Source: a virus (taxonomy: Duplodnaviria > Caudoviricetes). Taken from it: 64,000 nucleotides of DNA. Of this stretch, positions 10,456 to 19,644 are shown in pieces. The translations under genes and the position numbers were made by a program. Every line of letters begins with the position of its first letter. The stretch's first letter is position 1. The DNA lies in the IMG/VR virus record IMGVR_UViG_3300020469_000008, positions 32,001-96,000 of that record. The stretch is one strand, 5' to 3'. Below the pieces are notes generated by a model. That model was not told the origin of the DNA. It did no database searches and saw only the letters and a program-made list of their open reading frames with translations.

Positions 10456-10982
10456 ATAGTAAAAGCAAGACAGCACTCAAAAATATTGTTAAAGAATGTT
10501 TAATTGAAATATTGGCAGAAGGTTTGGTAGGTAATAACAAAGCTACACTTAGAGAAGCGAGAGAGCTTCGTGGGACCATACAAGAGTCATATGAGAAAAA
10601 CGCGAGTCGAAGAATTGTTGAAACAAAATTCCAACAACCAACCCAAGTTACAAAATCGCGACAGACTGCACAACGAAGACCGTCATACTTAGATAGTATT
10701 AAGATGGGTGTTGATTCAGCTTCAGAAAGACAATCAAGCATGATTAAAAATACAGTTAAAAATTTAACCAATGATCCAGTTATGAGTGATATATTAGCTG
10801 ATACTGCTATGACAACCCTACAAGAACAGAAAGAGGGGTCTAGACCATCTGGTCCAAGCGTAATGGCAGGGGGAGATCAAGCAGCAAAAATTGTTGATCA
10901 ATCGTCACCTGACGAGTTGTTCGGGGGTCAAGCTAGTAAATGGGCTGATTTGGCATTTTCACCATCAATTAGAAAGGGATAA
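10452..10982 (+). CDS. hypothetical head-module protein
   Basis: ATGA overlap with protease; N-terminus KTALKNIVKECLIE resembles the shared leader; IxE/LxE sites. Confidence 0.7.
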   Translation: MNSKSKTALKNIVKECLIEILAEGLVGNNKATLREARELRGTIQESYEKNASRRIVETKFQQPTQVTKSRQTAQRRPSYLDSIKMGVDSASERQSSMIKNTVKNLTNDPVMSDILADTAMTTLQEQKEGSRPSGPSVMAGGDQAAKIVDQSSPDELFGGQASKWADLAFSPSIRKG

Positions 10983-11026
10983 ATTTCTTTTTAGTCGATA
11001 GTTATTGATGACCCCGGAGGTAGATT

Positions 11027-11239
11027 ATGCGTCGTATTATTAAGTTAACACCTGCAGCCATTCAAAGAATAATTGTAGAAGAAAAAGAAAAATTACAAGT
11101 TGAAAATAAGCAAAAGCTTTTAGAACAACTTAGACTACTTAAAAAGATTAAAAATAGACAAATTAATTCACTTAGTGAAGCCAAGCAGCTTCATAACATG
11201 AAGAAAAAATTAATTAAGTCGATTAAAGGTGAAAAGTAA
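11027..11239 (+). CDS. small basic protein with leader-like N-terminus
   Basis: GGAGG RBS; ATAGTTA 29 nt upstream; IKLTPAAIQRIIVEE. Confidence 0.7.
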   Translation: MRRIIKLTPAAIQRIIVEEKEKLQVENKQKLLEQLRLLKKIKNRQINSLSEAKQLHNMKKKLIKSIKGEK

Positions 11240-11736
11240 TGCCTGAACAAAGACAAACTATTGTAGAACCTTCAGCCGCGCCAACTAAAAGTAAAGGTGC
11301 AAGAAAAGATCTTAATGTTAGGTCTTCGTTCCCTAACTCACCAATTCACTCCGGTGAGCTCACTGACCAAGAAAGAAGAAAGCTTTTTCAAGAATTAGCC
11401 CTTGATGGTACTGTTACGGGCGGTCACGGAGTTAACTCATACAACAGAGACTTTAAAGATGCACCAGACTTAACACAGGTTGAAACAGGTGGCGGTGGTT
11501 TACCTGCATCACCTTTTGTTCCTAATCTTACATCTCCCGGTCCAGGTAGTGTTAACGCAGCAGATATGCCTGAATATAGTGGAGAATTACCGGATCCGGA
11601 GTTTAATGTTGAGTTTGGTAGCGGCCAAGGTGGTTTAGTTTCCCCATCAAAAACTTCTGCTGAACTAGCTAAACAAGGTACACTAGGTACTTATATTTCC
11701 GGTCGATCATATCAAGGTTCTGATGGGAAAGCGTAG
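11239..11736 (+). CDS. Pro/Gly-rich hypothetical virion protein
   Basis: TAATG coupling to the previous gene; located in the head module. Confidence 0.65.
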   Translation: MPEQRQTIVEPSAAPTKSKGARKDLNVRSSFPNSPIHSGELTDQERRKLFQELALDGTVTGGHGVNSYNRDFKDAPDLTQVETGGGGLPASPFVPNLTSPGPGSVNAADMPEYSGELPDPEFNVEFGSGQGGLVSPSKTSAELAKQGTLGTYISGRSYQGSDGKA

Positions 11737-12337
11737 TAATCTATACGAAATTTATTTCGGACCAATATCAAGAAAAGGTCATGGTTACGGTGTAGATGGA
11801 AATGCATCAAAAATATCACTTGGAAGCGAGTATCCTCTTGGAGGTAATTTTGGTATTTACGATGAACCTGATGTTTACGATGTCGAAGATGAAGAAGATA
11901 TTGATAACGCAGATATAATTTCCAAAGTAGACGGTCAAAAACCGTATGTTGACATTGGGCACAAAGGTAACAGGATGAGTAATTTTACCGGTGCATACAC
12001 AAATCTTGCAGAAGAAAAGCATACAACGACTGCTGTACAAGGTATATCACCAAATATGACATATCGCACTTCAAAAGGTGGGAAGGCTACAAAGACAGCA
12101 GGAAATCCAACATCGTATCCTAAAATATATCAACGGCCGAGAGTAGACATGACAGCCACACAATATGGTACGTCAAGGGCGCCGTTGCCCCGACACAATC
12201 AAATGGATGATAACCCAATATTTTCATTAGATGATTTATTAGATAAGCACGAAATGTCACTAGTCAAACACACTAATAACGTTAATAGAATAAGAAATAC
12301 AATAAATGAGATAAATGATAATTTTTATGATATTTAA
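11723..12337 (+). CDS. hypothetical protein (head module)
   Basis: 204 aa ORF filling the gap before the scaffold; acidic and basic patches. Confidence 0.65.
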   Translation: MGKRSNLYEIYFGPISRKGHGYGVDGNASKISLGSEYPLGGNFGIYDEPDVYDVEDEEDIDNADIISKVDGQKPYVDIGHKGNRMSNFTGAYTNLAEEKHTTTAVQGISPNMTYRTSKGGKATKTAGNPTSYPKIYQRPRVDMTATQYGTSRAPLPRHNQMDDNPIFSLDDLLDKHEMSLVKHTNNVNRIRNTINEINDNFYDI

Positions 12338-12348
12338 TAATCAGCTAA

Positions 12349-12355
12349 ATAATTA
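12349..12355 (+). promoter_or_regulatory. candidate late promoter core ATAATTA (scaffold-capsid operon)
   Basis: One of at least 12 ATANTTA copies lying 23-35 nt upstream of structural start codons. Confidence 0.45.
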
Positions 12356-12379
12356 AATGTAGAGCAAGAGGTTTATAAA

Positions 12380-13852
12380 ATGAGTAAACTATTCGAAGAA
12401 GCAATAGCAGATGCAAAAAAACTCAAAGAGGTTGCAGAAGAAAACGCAAAAAAAGCGATTCTAGAATCTGTAACACCTCAAATTAGAGAGTTTATCGAAG
12501 AACAATTATTAGAAGAAAACAAAGAGGAAACATACTCGTTAAAAGATGAGAATAAAGACGAAATGTTTGATACTCTTGAAGAAGAAGTTTATCTTGACGA
12601 GAGCGCTTTGGCGTCCTTAGTTGAGCTAATTGGTGAAGATAATTTAGATTCCCTAAATGAGTCTAAGTCACAAGAAGCACTTTTTAGTGCTGTAAAAGGT
12701 GCAGTTGCCACAATGGACGACGACCAACGTGAACAACTGTTAAATTTATCGCACAAATTAAATGAAAGTGCTAATCATTTATCTAAGACAGAAAAAGGAG
12801 AAAACATGTCTAAGAAATATTATGAAGTTGACCTTAGAGCACTGAGGGAAGCATTAGAAGAAGACGCATATGATCAAACTGATGAGACTATGCATGAAGA
12901 AGAAACTGATATGGCAGAAAAGGCAGATGATGAGTTAAAAGAACTTTACGAAGAATTTTCTGCTTTACTAGAACAAGACGAAGAACCAGAAGCTGATGTA
13001 GAAACCCCAGAAGCGGGTGCAGCAGCAGAAGGCGGAGAAGACATGATTGCAAAAGACGAAGTTGAAGATGCAATTCGTGCTCTTTTAGATGATTTAGCAT
13101 TAGATCTTGAAGACGAAGGCGCAGGAGCAGAAGGTGGAGCTGCTGAGGCTCCAGCCGGCGATGAGGCACCTGAATTTGATTTAGCTGCTGCTATGGGCGG
13201 TGGTGATGATGAAGAAACTTTAAACGAAGTATTTGAAGTTGATCCTCGTGTTTTACGTCAAGAATTAGGAAGAATTAGAAGAATGGTTGCTGAAGGTAAA
13301 GTTGATCACCACTTCGGTGGTAAAGGTGGCGGAAACGCTGGAGTCGACGGATCTTACGGTGGTAAAGGAAAACAAAACGCTGGCGTTAACGGCGCATTTG
13401 GTGGTGGTAAGGAAGGACAAGATGCTTTCACAAACCCACCCCAGATAAACAAACTTAACGAGGCAATTCGCCAACTGAGACGTCAAAATCGATCTCAGAA
13501 CGAGAAACTGAACAAATACAGAGGAGCTGTTAATTCTCTTCGTGAACAGTTGGAAGATCTCAATTTATTCAATGCAAAGCTTTTGTATGTTAACAAATTG
13601 TTGCAAAACAAAGGCCTGAATGAGAGTCAGAAGAAGTCTGTTATTAAGGCTTTGGATGAAGCACAATCTTTGACTGAAGCAAAATCTTTGTATAAGTCAC
13701 TAACTGAAACGTTTAGTCGTGGCGGTGAAAGAAAAACAATCTCAGAATCTCGTGTTCTTGGAAGTTCTTCTCGACCAACCACTTCTTCTCAGTCAAGCGC
13801 AACATCTAATAACGGTGAGTTAAGTAGATGGCAACGTTTGGCCGGTTTATAA
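12380..13852 (+). CDS. prohead scaffold/core protein (T4 gp22-like)
   Basis: Very acidic coiled coil starting MSKLFEEAIADAKKLKEVA, directly upstream of the MCP; many [LI]xE sites; C-terminal NAKLLYVNKLL...RWQRLAGL. Confidence 0.8.
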   Translation: MSKLFEEAIADAKKLKEVAEENAKKAILESVTPQIREFIEEQLLEENKEETYSLKDENKDEMFDTLEEEVYLDESALASLVELIGEDNLDSLNESKSQEALFSAVKGAVATMDDDQREQLLNLSHKLNESANHLSKTEKGENMSKKYYEVDLRALREALEEDAYDQTDETMHEEETDMAEKADDELKELYEEFSALLEQDEEPEADVETPEAGAAAEGGEDMIAKDEVEDAIRALLDDLALDLEDEGAGAEGGAAEAPAGDEAPEFDLAAAMGGGDDEETLNEVFEVDPRVLRQELGRIRRMVAEGKVDHHFGGKGGGNAGVDGSYGGKGKQNAGVNGAFGGGKEGQDAFTNPPQINKLNEAIRQLRRQNRSQNEKLNKYRGAVNSLREQLEDLNLFNAKLLYVNKLLQNKGLNESQKKSVIKALDEAQSLTEAKSLYKSLTETFSRGGERKTISESRVLGSSSRPTTSSQSSATSNNGELSRWQRLAGL

Positions 13853-13894
13853 AAATAAATAAGAACTCAAACTATTCAAAAAAGGAGAATTAAC

Positions 13895-15847
13895 ATGAGT
13901 AAGTCATTTACTTTGAATCAGTTGACTGAAGGTATCCGTGATCGTCACGTAGGCCAAGAAGCAACAAGAATTCAAGAAAAGTGGACCAGAACTGGTCTTC
14001 TTCGTGGTCTACAAAACCACGCTCGCGAAAACATGTCACGTTTACTTGAGAACCAAGCAGCTCAAGTACTTCGTGAAGCAAACACCTTAGGTGGCACATC
14101 TGGTGACGCTGGTCGTGTTGATGGATTTTCAAACATCGCATTCCCAATCGTTCGTCGTGTATTTGGTGGATTAGTTGCAAATGAATTGGTATCTATTCAG
14201 CCTATGTCTCTTCCAAGTGGACTCTTGTTCTACTTAGATTATACATACGGTTCTGATGTAGGTGGTGATGCAACTGCTTCAGGAAATGCATTGACAGCAA
14301 CTGGTGGATCAACTTATAATCAAGGTGATTCTATTTACAACAACCCAGGTGGAGCCGGTGTTCGTACTGGTTCTGACGCAACTGGTGGTCAATACGATCT
14401 AGTTGGTTCTGGTTACTCTAAAGTGCACGGTAATGTTGCATTTAGCGCAACTGGTAATGCTCTTAACGGTGCAATGGGTGGAGCTGCAAATCAATCTTTT
14501 ACAATTGCAGCAAATCTAACTACAAGTGGTGCTGATGGTAAACTACTTCATTTTGATCCACAACTTTCACGTGAAATCAGTGAAGGTACTAACAACTATC
14601 AAGTTCTTTTCCTCTCTGCTTCTCTCTTGCGCGAAGCTTCTGGAAGACAAAGAAGAGTTGATCCTACTTTGATTAAAGAAGTTGCTCTTTATTCTGAAAA
14701 CGGTACTAATGGACGAGGTCCCGGTAATTTAGTATCAGGACTGACTGTTCCTGGTAGTAACATTCAAGGTGGTAGCAACATTTGGAACGTTAGACGTCTT
14801 AATGAGCTAGGTACTTTGACACACAGTGCTGCTGGTACAACTTTCACTCCTGATCCTTTCGCATCAGTAAGTGCAACAGGAACTGTACTTAAGACAATCG
14901 TACAAGGTGCAGCTACTTCGATGGCAGCTGTCGATACAGGATTAAACTTGTCTGCTTCATTCCCAGTAGCTGATCAATTGTCTGAATCTGGAGACGCTGA
15001 TACTGGTTCTGTTGTGGTAATTCCATCATTCGAATCAAACTTTGCTTCTGAACCTACACCAGTAATTCCAGAAATTGATATCAAAATTGAGTCAATTGCT
15101 GTTACAGCTACAACTCGTAAGTTAAGAGCTCGTTGGTCACCAGAACTCGCACAAGATCTTAATGCTTATCACTCAATGGATGCTGAAGTTGAATTGACTC
15201 AAATCCTTTCTGAGCAAATCGCATTAGAAATTGATCGTGAAATTCTTAATGACCTTCTTGTTGAAGCGAAAGGTGCTAACTTCTTCTGGTCACGTGCTCC
15301 TGGTAAGTTCGTTAACAAGAGAAGTGGTGTTGCTGAAAACTTGGCGTCATCTCTTTCAACTGGACCACAATTTACTGGTACAGTTCGTGAGTGGTACGAA
15401 ACATTGGTTGAAACTATCATTGACGTTGCTAACGAAATCCATAGAAAGACTCTTCGTGGTTCTGCGAACTTTATCGTAGTTTCACCTGAAGTTGCTACTA
15501 TCTTCGAAGCTTCTGTATTGTACAAGCCAAGTGTTAAGATCGATGGTCAAGGTCAAGTTGCCTTAGGTAGCATTGGTGCTGAAGCTATTGGTTCTCTTTC
15601 TAACAGATTTACTGTTTACAAAGATCCTTACTTCCCACGCAACAAGATTCTTGTAGGATACAAAGGTGGTTCATATCTTGAGTCTGGATACGTCTATGCT
15701 CCATATGTACCGTTGATTGTAACTCCAACAATCTTCGCACCAGAAGACTTCACACCAAGAAAAGGTGTAATGACTCGTTACGGTAAGAAAATGGTTCGCG
15801 CCGACTTCTACGGAACAGTTACTTGCTTGGATATGGATATTATCTAA
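13895..15847 (+). CDS. major capsid protein (T4 gp23-like)
   Basis: AFPIVRRVFGGLVANELVSIQPMSLPSGLLFYLD, RKLRARWSPELAQDLNAYH, YAPYVPL, FTPRKGVMTRYG; followed by a strong terminator. Confidence 0.95.
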   Translation: MSKSFTLNQLTEGIRDRHVGQEATRIQEKWTRTGLLRGLQNHARENMSRLLENQAAQVLREANTLGGTSGDAGRVDGFSNIAFPIVRRVFGGLVANELVSIQPMSLPSGLLFYLDYTYGSDVGGDATASGNALTATGGSTYNQGDSIYNNPGGAGVRTGSDATGGQYDLVGSGYSKVHGNVAFSATGNALNGAMGGAANQSFTIAANLTTSGADGKLLHFDPQLSREISEGTNNYQVLFLSASLLREASGRQRRVDPTLIKEVALYSENGTNGRGPGNLVSGLTVPGSNIQGGSNIWNVRRLNELGTLTHSAAGTTFTPDPFASVSATGTVLKTIVQGAATSMAAVDTGLNLSASFPVADQLSESGDADTGSVVVIPSFESNFASEPTPVIPEIDIKIESIAVTATTRKLRARWSPELAQDLNAYHSMDAEVELTQILSEQIALEIDREILNDLLVEAKGANFFWSRAPGKFVNKRSGVAENLASSLSTGPQFTGTVREWYETLVETIIDVANEIHRKTLRGSANFIVVSPEVATIFEASVLYKPSVKIDGQGQVALGSIGAEAIGSLSNRFTVYKDPYFPRNKILVGYKGGSYLESGYVYAPYVPLIVTPTIFAPEDFTPRKGVMTRYGKKMVRADFYGTVTCLDMDII

Positions 15848-15873
15848 TCCAAACACCTTCTGGTGAATTTAAC

Positions 15874-15906
15874 AAGAGGCGTCTCCTTCGGGAGGCGTCT
15901 TTTTTT
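15874..15906 (+). terminator. intrinsic terminator after the major capsid gene
   Basis: AAGAGGCGTCTCC-TTCG-GGAGGCGTC stem (with G-U pairs), cUUCGg tetraloop, T-run. Confidence 0.85.
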
Positions 15907-15952
15907 ATGTAAACAGCAAAACTATAAGATATTTATAAAAGTACAAGAGGTA

Positions 15953-16270
15953 ATGATGAAAACCACAAGAAAGCAGCTACAAAAACTAATATTAGAGGCA
16001 ATGACAGGTATAGCATCGATGCCGTCAGCAGAAGGTGTTGATCAAATAGAAGAAAACCCAATTGTCAAAGATATTAATATTGAAATGATTGAGCAAATTT
16101 TAAATGAAGGCATGATAGCAATAGGTAATCAAGGTAATGACTACTATGCTGATACAAAAGCAATGATTGATAATGACAATACTATAATTCTTACTGCAGG
16201 ACCTCTAGATACACCATTTGCTGAAATAATAGTAAATTTTAAAGATTTAAGTCACATCACAAAAACTTAA
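15953..16270 (+). CDS. leader-bearing hypothetical protein (putative head internal protein)
   Basis: GAGG RBS; MMKTTRKQLQKLILEA; ATATTTA upstream. The track's longer start runs through the terminator. Confidence 0.7.
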   Translation: MMKTTRKQLQKLILEAMTGIASMPSAEGVDQIEENPIVKDINIEMIEQILNEGMIAIGNQGNDYYADTKAMIDNDNTIILTAGPLDTPFAEIIVNFKDLSHITKT

Positions 16271-16354
16271 AATTATTTTACATTACTTCTTGTTGGTATA
16301 GTGTATTACGTGCATATCGCACAATTCACACATTACATACACACAGGAGGGAAT

Positions 16355-16567
16355 ATGAGTGGAAATCCTTACAGCCTGCGAGCAGGTTTATTGTCACAAG
16401 CAGAAAGTATCTTATCACATAGATATCATTCAGAATACGAAAGAATTAGATGGTTATGTGACAGAAACTTAATCGATCCAAAGACAGTAACGTGGCCAGA
16501 ACCACCAAAGTCTGATGACATTATTGCTGAAGCAGAAAAATTGTATAAGTTTGTACAAACAAAGTAA
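16355..16567 (+). CDS. small hypothetical phage protein (NPYxLR...EAEKLYKFV type)
   Basis: AGGAGG RBS before ATG 16355; 70 aa. Confidence 0.7.
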   Translation: MSGNPYSLRAGLLSQAESILSHRYHSEYERIRWLCDRNLIDPKTVTWPEPPKSDDIIAEAEKLYKFVQTK

Positions 16568-16616
16568 GAAAAATCATTTCTATCTAAATAATTAGTAATG
16601 ATATAATGGAGTTATT

Positions 16617-17075
16617 ATGCGTCTAGATAGAAACAGACTAAGAAAATTAATCTTACAAGAAATGACCAGTGCGATGGAATATGGCTCACGTGGGGAAGAT
16701 TCTGGCACCCTTGTTCGACCCCCGGAGCGTAGTAAATTCAGCACAGGTACCGGACCTCTTGGCAGACAAGAGATGAAAATATCTCCTGAACAACTAAGAT
16801 TGCAACAACAAAGTTATAGGTCAAATTTTCTACCGGCAGAAGAAGTAAATCCTGAGTTTGTCAGGCTTGTTGATGAAGCATCAGACGCGATATATGAGTT
16901 AGCTGAATTTATTGGTGGAACCGGGATACGCCCAGAAGACTTTCCAAAGTTCTATGAAGCTTGGCATCCATGGGAATCAGTAATGTCAAAACTACGTAAT
17001 CAGTATGGCAATAAGGTTGATGTTGAACTTAATAGTATGCGAATGAACCCTGATAAGATCCCTGTTTTTGAGTAG
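16617..17075 (+). CDS. leader-bearing hypothetical protein (putative head internal protein)
   Basis: MRLDRNRLRKLILQE; GGAG RBS; ATAATTA at 16588. Confidence 0.7.
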   Translation: MRLDRNRLRKLILQEMTSAMEYGSRGEDSGTLVRPPERSKFSTGTGPLGRQEMKISPEQLRLQQQSYRSNFLPAEEVNPEFVRLVDEASDAIYELAEFIGGTGIRPEDFPKFYEAWHPWESVMSKLRNQYGNKVDVELNSMRMNPDKIPVFE

Positions 17076-17134
17076 TCATTAATAATTAATAACAAGCTTT
17101 GCAAATAGAGTATAGTTACTAATAGGAGGTAATT

Positions 17135-17791
17135 ATGCTCTTTTTATATTTTCTATTAACATTTGCAACTGGCCAGGAACCAGAAGTACCAGAAGTTACC
17201 GCAGATGAAACAATTGTTGTTGAGGCACATAGAGATTACGAGGTGTATGTTGCACCGACAGTTATGGATATTCAATCGACTGAGGTTGAAGCTGTAATGG
17301 CAAAGAAAACTGTTTTTAGTTATTCATCACGTTATGCCAACGGTGCAAAAGTTAAGAACGAAAGAGGTACAGGTTACGAAAACGTAACTATAAATCATAA
17401 AATAAAAGTATATGATGAAGACACAATAGAATATGTTTGGGACAACTGCAATTACAAACGTGAACCTAAGAAGTGTGCATATCAAAACAATCACATGTTA
17501 TTAGAAACAATTGTGACCGTTGATGATCATCAAATAGTTGTTAATATGATACTATACGATTCTGATTTGACTGTATTGGGATCGTCTGTTTATACAAGTG
17601 ATTCTAGGATTAGTTGGATTCGACAACAAGAAACAACAGTTATTCAACAACAAGGGATGATGGGTAGCCAAACAATGATTCATCAGCCCAAGGAAGAGTT
17701 ACCACTAAAATGGCTAATTCCTACAAATTTACTTGATAAACATATTTGGCAAGCTAGTGCGCTACTTTGGACAGGCGTAAGACTTAACTAA
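17135..17791 (+). CDS. exported protein with N-terminal signal peptide
   Basis: Short hydrophobic N-terminus MLFLYFLLTFATG then acidic QEPEVPEV; AGGAGG RBS. Confidence 0.7.
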   Translation: MLFLYFLLTFATGQEPEVPEVTADETIVVEAHRDYEVYVAPTVMDIQSTEVEAVMAKKTVFSYSSRYANGAKVKNERGTGYENVTINHKIKVYDEDTIEYVWDNCNYKREPKKCAYQNNHMLLETIVTVDDHQIVVNMILYDSDLTVLGSSVYTSDSRISWIRQQETTVIQQQGMMGSQTMIHQPKEELPLKWLIPTNLLDKHIWQASALLWTGVRLN

Positions 17792-18125
17792 TATATTTAC
17801 GCCAAGCGTGTCGCTTTCTTTTTGCTAAATAATCTTCGTCGTACATTTTGCGGTATGCTTCTTGTTCGAAAGGTATGTTCATGTAAGCTTCATCGTTGGT
17901 CATTCCTTTGACTTTACCTTTAAGCCAATACCATACATAGAGAATATAAAAGAATACCACCAGAAGTTCTTTCTGCTGTTCTATGTGTATTATTTCATGT
18001 CTAACAGTAACATCAGACATTTCATCTCTAGAAATAATAAAAGGAAAAAGAGTAATTGCACCAATATTAATAAATATTGAAAGATAAACAGGTAACTTGC
18101 TGTTTTGGATGATTATTGGTTTCAT
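17784..18125 (-). CDS. small membrane-associated HExxH protein (putative zinc metallopeptidase)
   Basis: AAAGGAG RBS on the minus strand; RHEIIH, hydrophobic segments, PFEQEAY. The only credible minus-strand gene. Confidence 0.75.
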   Translation of the reverse strand: MKPIIIQNSKLPVYLSIFINIGAITLFPFIISRDEMSDVTVRHEIIHIEQQKELLVVFFYILYVWYWLKGKVKGMTNDEAYMNIPFEQEAYRKMYDEDYLAKRKRHAWRKYIS

Positions 18126-18193
18126 AGATTTCTCCTTTAACTTTGATAAGTGACAGTATAATTATACATTGTCATACAAAAAATACGGAGGTT

Positions 18194-18397
18194 ATGATGC
18201 CAATAAAAAAGACAGCAGCAGAAGAATGTTGCGCAAAATGTGAAAAAGATGTTGCAGCACTCAGAAAAGAGATTGCTGCGCTTAGAAAAGAGCTTGCAAA
18301 GAAACCTGCAGGTGGTGCAGACCCACGAGTAGATGCGATTGTGCAGTTTTTAAAATCTAATTTTAACCAAAAAGCAGCAAAAGCAGGAATTAAATAA
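18194..18397 (+). CDS. small coiled-coil protein with CCAKC motif
   Basis: GGAGG RBS before ATG 18194; heptad repeat VAALRKEIAALRKEL. Confidence 0.7.
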   Translation: MMPIKKTAAEECCAKCEKDVAALRKEIAALRKELAKKPAGGADPRVDAIVQFLKSNFNQKAAKAGIK

Positions 18398-18490
18398 TAT
18401 ATATAAGCAGGCCCGGCACACAGCATAAAGGCGACCCCACCGTCGTGTCGGAATCTTGTGGACAAGTATCTCAAAATTAAGGAGGAAATT

Positions 18491-19000
18491 ATGCCAAAGG
18501 TAACATATACAAATTCGAAAGGATTGTTTCAAGAAACAGGTACAGCGGACGTTAATCTGTCCGGACAAGGAGCATTGTTCGGTCAGCTTTTAAAAATCAA
18601 GACTGTCACAGCCACAACAGTGTTGCGCGATACAGACTCAGGAAAAATTGTTTTAGTTAATCCAGCTGGGACCACACTACTTACATTACCAAGCGTGGCA
18701 AATACAGGATGGACTATCACAATAATTCTTACAGAAGACGCAGCTGGATCTGATCAAGGTATGGGACAAAAAGTTAATATTGACTTAGGTTCAGGCGCTA
18801 ACCTAGCCAATATCGGACAAATACACGAAGTCGATGGGGCCGCCGGCGATTACGCAGTAGCCAATGATGACTTTATTAATTTCTCAGCTAATGCTTCACC
18901 TGGTGACAGAGTCGATATATTTTCAGACGGATCTAGATGGCACATTTACGGTCTAGTAAAGGATGCTACAGAGGCTGTATTCAACACAGCAGCTGGATAA
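18491..19000 (+). CDS. putative capsid decoration/structural protein, paralog 1
   Basis: AAGGAGG RBS; MPKVTYTNSKGLFQE; 169 aa, same length as and colinear with the next gene. Confidence 0.7.
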   Translation: MPKVTYTNSKGLFQETGTADVNLSGQGALFGQLLKIKTVTATTVLRDTDSGKIVLVNPAGTTLLTLPSVANTGWTITIILTEDAAGSDQGMGQKVNIDLGSGANLANIGQIHEVDGAAGDYAVANDDFINFSANASPGDRVDIFSDGSRWHIYGLVKDATEAVFNTAAG

Positions 19001-19012
19001 TAGGAGATTAAC

Positions 19013-19522
19013 ATGCCAAAAGTAACGTATACAAGTTCGAAAGGATTATTTCAAGAAAGCGGAACTGGTGAAGTAAATTTATCAGGTCAGGGTGTTTTGT
19101 TCGGTCAATTAGCAAAAACTGAAGCAATTACTGCTACTACAGCGTTGGCGTCAACTGATACCGGTAAAATATTTTTTGTCGATCCAACAGCAGCAACATT
19201 AATTACTCTACCTGCGCTAGCCTCTTCTTTAAAAGGTTGGTATTGTCGATTTGTGCTCACGGAGAATGAGACAGGAAACGCACAAGCAATGGATGCAAAA
19301 GTTAATATTGACTTGGGCGCTGGAACAGCAAACGTCGGTCAACTTCATGAACTAGACGGCGGGGCTGGAGATTATTTGGTCTCCGGAGACGATTTTGTAA
19401 CATTCTCTGCCAATGCATCAGCAGGAGACAGAGTTGATATCTTTACAGACGGTAATAGATATTATGTTTACGGTTTTGTCAAAGAAATTGCTGAATGTAA
19501 TTTTCATACCGCAGCTAGATAA
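19013..19522 (+). CDS. putative capsid decoration/structural protein, paralog 2
   Basis: MPKVTYTSSKGLFQE; shares KVNIDLG, GQxHExDG, DDFxxFSANASxGDRVDIFxDG with paralog 1. Confidence 0.7.
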   Translation: MPKVTYTSSKGLFQESGTGEVNLSGQGVLFGQLAKTEAITATTALASTDTGKIFFVDPTAATLITLPALASSLKGWYCRFVLTENETGNAQAMDAKVNIDLGAGTANVGQLHELDGGAGDYLVSGDDFVTFSANASAGDRVDIFTDGNRYYVYGFVKEIAECNFHTAAR

Positions 19523-19542
19523 TATCTACATCCTCTATAACT

Positions 19543-19568
19543 AAAGGCACCATTTCGGTGCCTTTTTT
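19543..19568 (+). terminator. intrinsic terminator
   Basis: AAAGGCACC-ATTTC-GGTGCCTTT followed by a T-run. Confidence 0.85.
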
Positions 19569-19644
19569 ATTTTGTAACAAAGCAAAACTAGTGAGACCTT
19601 TGAGCTGTAATTGACCTACTTATACACATCTCTCGGAGATCGAT

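Noticed and set aside
15907-19590. Shared TGTAA(A)CA(A)AGCAAAACTA just after the terminators at 15907 and 19573
   Set aside because: Only two imperfect copies in A-rich DNA; cannot be distinguished from chance.
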